Below, one piece after another: positions 39,801 through 46,994 of a DNA stretch of 64,000 nucleotides. The notes below the pieces were generated by a model. That model was not told the DNA's origin, did not search any database, and worked only from the letters and a program-made list of their open reading frames with translations. The position numbers and the translations under genes are program-made. Numbering within the stretch: position 1 is the first letter of the stretch; each line of letters opens with the position of its first letter. The stretch is from positions 5,986 through 69,985 of the forward strand of contig ONCZ01000002.1 of the NCBI GenBank assembly GCA_900316445.1, written 5' to 3'. This DNA is from an uncultured Prevotellaceae bacterium. Lineage in GTDB: Bacteria > Bacteroidota > Bacteroidia > Bacteroidales > Bacteroidaceae.

Positions 39801-41037
39801 CCGTACCCCGATAGAGTGCAAAGCCAATCTGGGCTGTCCCCTCCTCCATGAAAGCATGCTGAAGAATGGTCTTGATGGTGATGTCCGTGAAATCGGCAGA
39901 GGCAGATGCTCTTGTGACCGTCTCATTCGAAAGGAGTTCCAACTTTGTCACAGTCACCAAAGAATTACTGACGGCAGCATCACCCGTTGGCTTCTGGATG
40001 CCAATGATGGCAGTCTGGTCCTGACCGTAAGAACCTGTGCCGTCAGGATTGAGTGCCGTCAAAGTGAAGTAGCCATCAAACAAGCCGTCCCAGCCCCAGT
40101 TGATGTAGAACATACCATCCTGGTAGCCATGACAGATAAAGGAGTGACCACTGGTTATCGACTTTCCACCATAGATGACTGGACGCCCAGCCTTCAGTTC
40201 ATTGTAGATCATCGTCTCCCAGTTCTCAATGTTATAGCCATTGCGATAGACAATGCGCAGGCCTTTGTCATAGCCGAACTTTCCAATCATGGCTCCTGGG
40301 ATACGGGCATCGTAAGCACCAGAATTATCAAGGCCATAGTCCATGCCTACCGACTGGCCACAATAGCGCATCAGGCTGGCGATTTCATCATCAGTCATGC
40401 TGTCCCAGTTGAAGGTCGTGGCCGACAGTTTGGGCACCTGGAGGTTCAGGGTCTCTGTGGTATATGAAGCAATCTCACCTGTCGGGCCCTCTGGCCATCT
40501 GGTATAGTTCATGACCTGTGCCATCGCCGTAGCAATACAACCTGTCAGGCAGTTTTTGCCATGATAGGTCGGACACTGGTTGTTATAGGGAGAATCCTGT
40601 CCCCAAGTAGTGGTGATGAAAGGAGCAATGGCCTCCTTGACTCCTGACGTTCCACGAGTTGCTGACCTTTTGGCTCGTACTGCTGTATCGGATTTGCCAA
40701 GGTTTTCGAGTGCCTTTGTATACTCTCCAAGCCACCAGCGGACATTTTCAGGCATTCTGCCAAGATCAAAGCTACCGTGTTCTGCATAACCCAAGATGGA
40801 CTTCATACGGTTATCACCACCAACAATTACAAAGCCTCCATTATTCTCAGCATTGAAGATATAGAAAGGTTCATTGTTGTCTGGACGCTCTGATCGGGAG
40901 AAAGCCTTTGTCTCCTTGAACAGCTTGCCTGGCATAAACTGCCGGGCCTTCTGCAAGGCTTCCTGCCAGGATACTCTCTCAGCATTCACGGCCACCGTCA
41001 CCATGACGGCCAAAAATATTAATAGCAACTTCTTCAT
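36829..41037 (-). CDS. Giant C10 cysteine peptidase with BspA-type LRR and dockerin-like module (1402 aa)
   Basis: LTGCIATAMAQV and SGHSFICHGYQDGMFYINWGWDG. About 8 LRR_5-type repeats (AFEGCSQIKTLTIPKSL..., SFVNCEKLKSLEIPQSL...). C-terminus GDADCNKVIDQKDVDAVTDFI...NAETNNDRKVNVIDIVKILNQI. Confidence 0.85.
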   Translation of the reverse strand: MKKLLLIFLAVMVTVAVNAERVSWQEALQKARQFMPGKLFKETKAFSRSERPDNNEPFYIFNAENNGGFVIVGGDNRMKSILGYAEHGSFDLGRMPENVRWWLGEYTKALENLGKSDTAVRAKRSATRGTSGVKEAIAPFITTTWGQDSPYNNQCPTYHGKNCLTGCIATAMAQVMNYTRWPEGPTGEIASYTTETLNLQVPKLSATTFNWDSMTDDEIASLMRYCGQSVGMDYGLDNSGAYDARIPGAMIGKFGYDKGLRIVYRNGYNIENWETMIYNELKAGRPVIYGGKSITSGHSFICHGYQDGMFYINWGWDGLFDGYFTLTALNPDGTGSYGQDQTAIIGIQKPTGDAAVSNSLVTVTKLELLSNETVTRASASADFTDITIKTILQHAFMEEGTAQIGFALYRGTELKKVLGYGNIDITPGFNITFNAIFSFGSGLAEGVYRIVPIYRESETADWVADEGSDWRYVQAVISGNSLIQKVMPDAAHDERLKFNPYTTDEVEVSAANQEIEGDIVIPEAVEIEGKLYKVTAIAAHGFSYCKNVTSIKMPSSMKYWFLGAFEGCSQIKTLTIPKSLKLNTLNGMWTMEYCISMCDNLTELIVEEGNTDFCVENGALLTTNKDHLMGYAGGLTQKEYTLPESVESMAWGAFMGAKYLEVIHWNSKLPGFPIQAFSCCSSLKEIHHIDHITIIQEGAFDGTGLENLKLPPNLKEIGKSSFVNCEKLKSLEIPQSLMSIGDYAFYNCTQLESIVVRKGYLPINANIFSEETYQKATLYVPKGRARIYKNSAGWENFKSIEEIDMPDVIISDNPFENIDESQMLFGYYRSDEYSELFGYGGQAAGTYKAFISFSKESIQSFVGASIKHFRFALIDKNISDVYFWIGSSRDKKDIYKQAIGDVKLGWNVLSLEKPYVITGDSIFMGIEYNSEGYIYPISYILGGTNSSGSRAAEPGSACLYGPYGENNEYEWLEEDDNCLAMQCILEGDHLPLYDIHVTSMVLNDPDPYYYKYDSHAQLQFALFLKNWGKKLIGNDFHIKGEIDGKDIIGGDYYGLELDQTSAAYKIYSFNLPDNLSVGLHKVKIYVDEICGEKPLFPNDDFGTYTFRVYKEGMTRQKILVENITSTWCHDALNTNNRQDVLLEENDDLALVAYHCRDELTSNASEEFFKKYECGIIGLVLDANRHFGADSYYFAKLREMPSFADVNIDVEYDKNKRLLKIIVEGDKNSEFDILHATSKLSVYLTEDNLVAPQYDEMNNTWIADYKHKGVLQDTASDLWGDPIIWHGNHYKMSYYMRLNQEWNTDNMHIIAFIEEDLEGKTTGKPVINCNSFDLKNAKIVDVGELLSGDADCNKVIDQKDVDAVTDFIMTAEEPESFNWWNAETNNDRKVNVIDIVKILNQIK

Positions 41038-41070
41038 ATTTATTTTGCTTTAGGTATTTCTTGTCACATC

Positions 41071-42165
41071 CTATTCAATCATGTTCACGATGAGTACAAT
41101 GTCGGTGGCATTGACTTTTTGATCACCGTTCATGTCGGCAGCATCCTTGTTGAAGTCCTCCGTTGGGTTCACGATATAGTTTGCCACCGCATGCGCATCA
41201 TTGATGTCTACCTTTCCATCACCATTCACGTCGCCTTTATTCAGACAAATGCGAGAGATACCCTTGAGTGTAGACCCCTCATAATAATAGAAATAGATGA
41301 TGCCTGAAAAAACTTCCTCAGGAGCCGTAAAGTTCAGCGTTTTACCGACAATCTCCACTGTACCTTTCGATGCGTATGCCGAAGTCAAAGAATAGTCCTC
41401 AGGAAGTCCTGTTTCCAGTGACACCGTTTTTCCTGCCTCTACCCTATAGTACTTGGGCGGTATGGCATAAGTAGTTATGGTTTTTTCTCCGTTAGTAAGT
41501 GTCACCTCTGTCGTTTCTGTGAGCCTTGTTCCCAGAATAGCCGTATGACTATCTCCGTCTATCTGAGCTGCCTCACTGACAGAACCACATTTTATGCTGG
41601 TGGCAGCCGACATGTTTGTATAACCCCGATAGCTGATCATTGGCTGACCACTACCATCAATATTCGCATAGAACTGGTATATGTCAAAGTAGGGCGCATC
41701 CTTCTCCATCTGCGAGCCCATTCCATAGAATGTGATATCACACAGACCAGGTGTATAGAAATAAGAGAAGTCGCTGATGTAGTTGTTGCTGACATCCAAC
41801 TTCAGGCTTTCGGACTGTATAAATGCCAGGATATTGATGTTCTCCAAATGGTTGTTGCTCAGGTTGAGCTCACGCAGTGATTCCAACGGCACCAATGGCG
41901 ACACATCGCTGATATCGTTATAACTGAGGTCGAGCTTGGATACTGCTGTCAGGTTAGCGACATCACGGATATCCGTAATCTCCAGTCCTGACAGGTTCAG
42001 CGTAGTGATGGTATCTGTTTGGGTCTGCAGCACATCGTCTGATTCACCAAGACCAATATGATGCCGTACACCATTTTCAAACTCAGGCGAATAAAAAGTC
42101 ACCTTCTGGGCCTGCGCCACCAATGCAGTCATCATGAGGACTGCTATACTTGCTATCTTTTTCAT
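41071..42165 (-). CDS. Internalin-type LRR protein with a C-terminal dockerin-like module
   Basis: Signal peptide. 22-aa LRRs ([28 protein letters not shown]). C-terminus [21 protein letters not shown]...[23 protein letters not shown]. Confidence 0.8.
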   Translation of the reverse strand: MKKIASIAVLMMTALVAQAQKVTFYSPEFENGVRHHIGLGESDDVLQTQTDTITTLNLSGLEITDIRDVANLTAVSKLDLSYNDISDVSPLVPLESLRELNLSNNHLENINILAFIQSESLKLDVSNNYISDFSYFYTPGLCDITFYGMGSQMEKDAPYFDIYQFYANIDGSGQPMISYRGYTNMSAATSIKCGSVSEAAQIDGDSHTAILGTRLTETTEVTLTNGEKTITTYAIPPKYYRVEAGKTVSLETGLPEDYSLTSAYASKGTVEIVGKTLNFTAPEEVFSGIIYFYYYEGSTLKGISRICLNKGDVNGDGKVDINDAHAVANYIVNPTEDFNKDAADMNGDQKVNATDIVLIVNMIE

Positions 42166-45100
42166 TCTCTGTCTTTGTTTGATCCTAAATAAATGTCGTC
42201 TGCCATATTATCCATTCCCGACTTAGTGGCAAGGGTAACGCTATAAAGCGATGGCTTCAGGTCTTCACCCTTGAAATCACCAGTCCTTAGGGTTCCGCAT
42301 GTTATTTCTACACCATTAGTTTCCTGATTAAGCGGGATAATGGTTATGCGATCATTGGCCCAATAAATGGTCATATAGAATTGCGTCAGGTTCGAACCAC
42401 CACCTTTTTCTTTATCTGTCATCGGCTTGACAGCATTAGGGAAGAGCGTATCATATCGCTTGAGCTTCAGCATAATGCCATCATCAAGATATTGCATATC
42501 AAAGTGATACGTCGCAACAAACAGTTTTTCAGGATCATTGGATGCGCTAATCGTGATGTCTTTTATCTGTTTGTTACGTTTCTCTTTTTGAAAGTTCATT
42601 TTGATTCCCAAGCTGTTTTTAACCATTAACTTGAAATCGCAAGTAGTGTTATAGCTCGGATCGCCACTCTCATGCAGACCGTTCTTGGCATTTAAGCGGG
42701 AGTCATTTGCAATCAGACGGTCAGGAAGTTCTGCGTCATGCATGACTTGCTGCAGTTGTTTTGCGGCATTCACCAAGGTCTGGCCGGCTTCCATATAAGT
42801 ATACATCATACTCTTCAATGGCAAGTAAGTATCTGCAGTCAGCCCGTACAGCGTGCTGGCGCAGGTCATCACCTGCTCCAAGGTACTACCGAATTGAACG
42901 CTTTTGGCAGCATTAAACGCACTTACTACATTGCCCATCATCGCATTGGCATAATGGATATCATCAATGTTCACGATCATGTCTTTTCTGAATTTCTGCA
43001 AGATGGATTTCTCTGGCAGGAATATATTCTTTAGTTCCATGACGATGTCTTTGATCGTAGAAGAGCCGTTGTATATTCTATTGGCCGGGCCTATCTCGTT
43101 CAAGGTTTCCAGGGCAGTCTTTCCACCCACCCATTCATTCACATATTCAAAAAAGACTTTTACTGCTTCAAACTTGTCACGCTCGCCAGTATATAATTGG
43201 GCGAACTCCATCATCTTGTCTTTATACTGATAGCTGGAGAAGTCACCGAACACACCATCCATTCCTGGTGTCAGGCTGCTCAATCCCATCATCAGATAGC
43301 TGAAGTCTTCTTTGGCTTCACGATTCCAACTGTCCCACTTGTTCGGGTGTGTCTTGTTGATTAAGACTTCCTCTCCAGCCAACTTCCAACCCGACATCGT
43401 AACGATTGTTTTTTCAGTGATTTCTTCTTGGATACCGCTCCTATCCCATCTGCCCTTGGATATGAGATACAGTTTGAATTCAGTATCTCTTCTGAGCTCC
43501 ATGTCATCAAAAACAATATCTATCTCCTGGGGCTTTTTATTCAAAATCCTGATGTCAGACACTTCACCACGAAAGACAGGCTTTTCTCCATTCAAAATGT
43601 CTTTCCATGTATCGAAATATGTAAGATGGTTTTGCTGGACAAGCTCTGCGATGACCGATCCAACCCAGGCGTATTCTTCATTGGGATTAACGATGGTAAA
43701 CCTAAGATGATGCTTCCCGTCCTCCACGTAGAATTGCATGTCGGAAGATTTTTGCAGATCATACTCACCCTCGTTAGGTGTATAGTCCTTTTTCAATGTA
43801 CCATGGATGGTCACAGTATTCAATCCCGGCTGTATGGTGGCTGTTGCAGACTCATACTCATGTGACTCGTCTCCCAGTACGGTCATGGTCACTTTCGTTC
43901 CTACCGGTATCCTCTGGCGGGAGAAGATGGTACCACGGGCATTGACGGTCACATCATTATCAGAGAATTTCACCTTCAGCCCTCTTACCGGCGGGTACTT
44001 GTCACATTCAATACGTCCTGTGATCATACCATACTCCAAAGCAGCTTTTTCCTCGTCCAGAGGCTCTGACACCGTCACTGTCAGCGTGTTCGACTTAGCC
44101 ACCTGCTTCTCACCATTTTCATCATAATAAGCCATCATTAATGAATAGGTGTATGTGCCAGCAGCAGGCGGATAGTCAACATATTCCAGATTGCCAGAAT
44201 CATGTCTTACCTGATCATTGTAATCAAATTGTACACCATTGATATCTGTACGAGTGATGCGGTAGCTGATTTCATCAGGAACAACATTGAACTTCAAACG
44301 AACCAGGCCGTTCTCTTCAGTTGCAGACATATTCAATTCGACAGGCGAAACGTTATTTCCTTCTATTGCAACGATGCTCTTAAACTTATTCCAAGGTTCT
44401 ACTGCCGCATACTTGTCTATACTTTCTTCTGGTACATGGAGGATGACATTTTTAAGCTCTACACTAGAAAATACAGAAGTATCTGTTGATGGCACCTCTG
44501 TAGCTAAACAGACAAAGTCGGTTAGGCCGCTGCAATGACTGAAAGCATATCTATCAATGATTGTTACGCTATTGGGAATCGTGATGGAGATCAAGCCGCT
44601 GCAATACATGAAAGCCCCCTCTCCTATGCTCGTTACGCTGTTGCCAATTGTGACGGAGCTCAGGTTGCTGCAATACATGAAAGCATAGTTCTCTACGCTC
44701 GTCACGCTGTTGCCAATTGTGGCGAAGGTCAGGCTACTGCAATAACTGAAAGCATCTTTTCCTATGCTTGTCACGCTGTTAGGAATCGTGATGGAGGTCA
44801 GACTGTTGCATCCTTCGAAAGAACTACTACCTATACTTGTCACGCCGTTGGGAATCGTGACGGAAGTCAGACCGGTGCAGCCACTGAAAGCAGACTCTCC
44901 TATACTTGTTACGCTGTTGGGAATCGTGACGGAGGTCAGTCTGCTGCAACCTGAGAAAGCATCGTCTCCTATGCTTATCACGCTGTTGGGAATCGTGATG
45001 CAGGTCAGGCCGCTACAATAAGAGAAAGCATCGTCTACTATGCTTGTCACACTATTGGGAATCGTAATAGAGGTTAGGCCGCTGCAATAAGCAAAAGCAC

Positions 45101-45857
45101 CGTTTTCTATGTTCGTCACGCTGTTAGGGATCGTGATGGATGTCAGACTTTTGCAGCCAGAGAAAGCTCCGTGTCCGATGCTCGTTACGGTTTTGGGAAT
45201 GGAGATAGTGGTCAGGCTGCTGCAGTTATTGAAAGCATCGTATCCTATGCTCGTCACGCTGTTGGGAATCGTGACGGAGACCAGGTTCGTGCAATCACAA
45301 AAAATTCTATTACTTATGCTTGTCATGCTATTGGGAATCGTGATGGAGGTCAGACCGCAGCCTTCGAAAGCACCGTGACCTATGCTCGTCACGCTGTTAG
45401 GAATCGTAATGGAGGTCAGTCTGCTACATCTATAGAAAGCACCGCTACCTATGCTCGTCACGCTGTTAGGAATCGTGACGGAAGTCAGGCCCCTGCAACC
45501 AGCAAAAGCATAGTCTCCTATGCTTGTCACGCTGTTAGGAATCGTAACGGAGGTAAGGCTCCAGCAGCCATCAAAAGCAAATTTTCCTATGCTCGTCACG
45601 CTATTGGGAATCGTAACGGAGGTAAGGTCCCAACATCTTTGGAAAGCATATTCTCCTATGCTCGTCACACTATAGTTGACGCCCTCATAAGTAAAGTACG
45701 GAGGGATATCTACATGGCCGGAGTAATAGTTTTGATTACTTACCACTTCAGCTTCCCTGTTTTCGCTTATGTTGTACATAACGCCATCAATCTCAACCGC
45801 TGCATTTGCCGCCAACGGTAAGATGATGAGGAGAAATAGTAATAATAGTTTTCTCAT
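42162..45857 (-). CDS. BspA-type LRR surface protein (17 x 23-aa repeats) with a large uncharacterised C-terminal region
   Basis: Signal peptide [19 protein letters not shown] when started at the ATG at 45857. Repeats of [14 protein letters not shown].xAFxGC. No dockerin and no CTD recognised. Its stop overlaps the next gene's start (ATGA at 42162-42165). Confidence 0.8.
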   Translation of the reverse strand: MRKLLLLFLLIILPLAANAAVEIDGVMYNISENREAEVVSNQNYYSGHVDIPPYFTYEGVNYSVTSIGEYAFQRCWDLTSVTIPNSVTSIGKFAFDGCWSLTSVTIPNSVTSIGDYAFAGCRGLTSVTIPNSVTSIGSGAFYRCSRLTSITIPNSVTSIGHGAFEGCGLTSITIPNSMTSISNRIFCDCTNLVSVTIPNSVTSIGYDAFNNCSSLTTISIPKTVTSIGHGAFSGCKSLTSITIPNSVTNIENGAFAYCSGLTSITIPNSVTSIVDDAFSYCSGLTCITIPNSVISIGDDAFSGCSRLTSVTIPNSVTSIGESAFSGCTGLTSVTIPNGVTSIGSSSFEGCNSLTSITIPNSVTSIGKDAFSYCSSLTFATIGNSVTSVENYAFMYCSNLSSVTIGNSVTSIGEGAFMYCSGLISITIPNSVTIIDRYAFSHCSGLTDFVCLATEVPSTDTSVFSSVELKNVILHVPEESIDKYAAVEPWNKFKSIVAIEGNNVSPVELNMSATEENGLVRLKFNVVPDEISYRITRTDINGVQFDYNDQVRHDSGNLEYVDYPPAAGTYTYSLMMAYYDENGEKQVAKSNTLTVTVSEPLDEEKAALEYGMITGRIECDKYPPVRGLKVKFSDNDVTVNARGTIFSRQRIPVGTKVTMTVLGDESHEYESATATIQPGLNTVTIHGTLKKDYTPNEGEYDLQKSSDMQFYVEDGKHHLRFTIVNPNEEYAWVGSVIAELVQQNHLTYFDTWKDILNGEKPVFRGEVSDIRILNKKPQEIDIVFDDMELRRDTEFKLYLISKGRWDRSGIQEEITEKTIVTMSGWKLAGEEVLINKTHPNKWDSWNREAKEDFSYLMMGLSSLTPGMDGVFGDFSSYQYKDKMMEFAQLYTGERDKFEAVKVFFEYVNEWVGGKTALETLNEIGPANRIYNGSSTIKDIVMELKNIFLPEKSILQKFRKDMIVNIDDIHYANAMMGNVVSAFNAAKSVQFGSTLEQVMTCASTLYGLTADTYLPLKSMMYTYMEAGQTLVNAAKQLQQVMHDAELPDRLIANDSRLNAKNGLHESGDPSYNTTCDFKLMVKNSLGIKMNFQKEKRNKQIKDITISASNDPEKLFVATYHFDMQYLDDGIMLKLKRYDTLFPNAVKPMTDKEKGGGSNLTQFYMTIYWANDRITIIPLNQETNGVEITCGTLRTGDFKGEDLKPSLYSVTLATKSGMDNMADDIYLGSNKDRE
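44500..45675. repeat. Coding tandem repeat, about 69-nt period x17 (LRR units)
   Basis: Recurrent gctcgtcacgctgtt(g/a)ggaatcgt(g/a)a(c/t)ggaggtcag blocks on the plus strand. Confidence 0.85.
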
Positions 45858-45891
45858 TGTTATTGTTGTCTTCTTGTTAATGATTTGTCTG

Positions 45892-45899
45892 CAAAGATA
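45892..45899 (-). promoter_or_regulatory. -7 box (TATCTTTG on the minus strand) heading the LRR/C10 operon
   Basis: caaagata lies 35 nt upstream of the ATG at 45857, just downstream of hairpin copy 3. Confidence 0.5.
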
Positions 45900-45905
45900 C
45901 AACAA

Positions 45906-45936
45906 ATTCCCGAAACGAGCAAGCGTTTCGGGAATT
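45906..45936. terminator. Conserved CCCGAAAC hairpin, copy 3
   Basis: aattcccgaaacg-agcaag-cgtttcgggaatt. Confidence 0.75.
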
Positions 45937-45959
45937 ATTTATAAATAAGGTGTAAGTTG

Positions 45960-46430
45960 TCACCACAGCCAGTCTTCCTGCTCGCCGTCGTAGACGAGAG
46001 GACCGTCCCAGCCGTGAGAGCGGCAGATGGCGGCGATGACTTCCTGGTCTTCGGGGGTGATGAGGCGCTTACCCTTACGCATCTCGAAATACTGGGTACG
46101 GCCGAAGTGCCAGATGAGTTCCTGACGGATGGCATGTTCGATACGACCAGGCATGTCGTAGTAGAAACGGGTCATGCCCTGTTTCTTTACGACACGTATG
46201 TTCTTGCGGAACTTCACACACTGTTCCCCTCCGACCTGCGGGTTACGAGGGTTGATGGATATCTGGGCATAGGGCATCGTGTCGGCATACTGTCCCACGA
46301 GCCAACGCAGACATTGCTCCTTGAGCGGACAACGCTCGATGAAACACACTAAGTAGTTGTGGATCTTCCCACGAAAGACCTCTTCCTGCGACGGCGTCGC
46401 CTGTTTTTGTTGTTCTTTCTTTGTATTCAT
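45960..46430 (-). CDS. Conserved hypothetical protein (Cys-x-rich, CPLKEQCLRW motif)
   Basis: 156 aa from the ATG at 46430. The -7 box TACCTTTG (46436-46443) sits 6 nt upstream, so the longer TTG-started ORF is unlikely. No catalytic motif recognised. Confidence 0.5.
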   Translation of the reverse strand: MNTKKEQQKQATPSQEEVFRGKIHNYLVCFIERCPLKEQCLRWLVGQYADTMPYAQISINPRNPQVGGEQCVKFRKNIRVVKKQGMTRFYYDMPGRIEHAIRQELIWHFGRTQYFEMRKGKRLITPEDQEVIAAICRSHGWDGPLVYDGEQEDWLW

Positions 46431-46502
46431 GGGGACAAAGGTACAAAGAAAATGTGATACTGCAAAACTTTTCAAAAGAAAATTATTACAAAAATGGCAT
46501 AT

Positions 46503-46587
46503 AACGTCACTCTTATGACTAAATATCTGATAATCAAAGGATTATAATATGACGTTATGTATTTTGAAACGTCATATTAACGTCACT
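46503..46587. promoter_or_regulatory. Cluster A of TGACGTTA / TAACGTCA motifs (4 copies)
   Basis: Copies at 46503-10, 46550-58, 46568-77 and 46578-87. Includes the inverted repeat atatgacgtt-N12-aacgtcatat (46547-46578). Confidence 0.6.
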
Positions 46588-46703
46588 TTTGCCGCATATT
46601 TGCTGTTTTCCTATGTAAAAATCACCTAAAAGATAGACTAAACCACTGAAAACCATATAGTTATACAATAGTATATATGGCTTGTACTATGAGTTTATAA
46701 AGA

Positions 46704-46756
46704 GTAAACTGATAGTTTAGGCTATGTAAACTGACAGTTTAGGCTGTCTAAACTTT
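46704..46756. promoter_or_regulatory. Two tandem 20-nt palindromic operator-like repeats plus a half-site
   Basis: gTAAACTgatAGTTTAggct (46704-23) and gTAAACTgacAGTTTAggct (46726-45), 22-nt period, followed by gtcTAAACTtt. Confidence 0.6.
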
Positions 46757-46817
46757 CGCAAACTATTTTCCTCTATCTGACTCTAAATGGCCTAAAATGG
46801 GCGTTTTTGACCGAAAA

Positions 46818-46903
46818 GTGACGTTACGATGACGTTACAAAACAGTAAACGTCATAGTCTAATATCCTGAAAATCAATAAGAAAGGTCAAAAAGTGACGT
46901 TTC
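46818..46903. promoter_or_regulatory. Cluster B of TGACGTTA / TAACGTCA motifs (4 copies)
   Basis: gtgacgttac (46818-27), atgacgttac (46829-38, 11-nt period), aaacgtcata (46848-57), gtgacgtttc (46894-903). Confidence 0.6.
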
Positions 46904-46963
46904 AACCCAAAAATAAAGAAAAAAATTTCAAAAAGTTTATTTGCACATTTCAGATATTTTCCG

Positions 46964-46971
46964 TACCTTTG
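46964..46971 (+). promoter_or_regulatory. -7 box TACCTTTG for the VirE-like gene
   Basis: Matches TAnnTTTG, 24 nt upstream of the ATG at 46995. Confidence 0.5.
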
Positions 46972-46994
46972 CAGAGAATACAAACGAAGGCATT

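Noticed and set aside
44500-45675. Regular ~69-nt tandem repeats that could superficially resemble a CRISPR-like array.
   Set aside because: There are no unique spacers. The repeats are contiguous and in-frame, and they encode 23-aa BspA-type LRR units of the 42162-45857 CDS. No cas genes are present.
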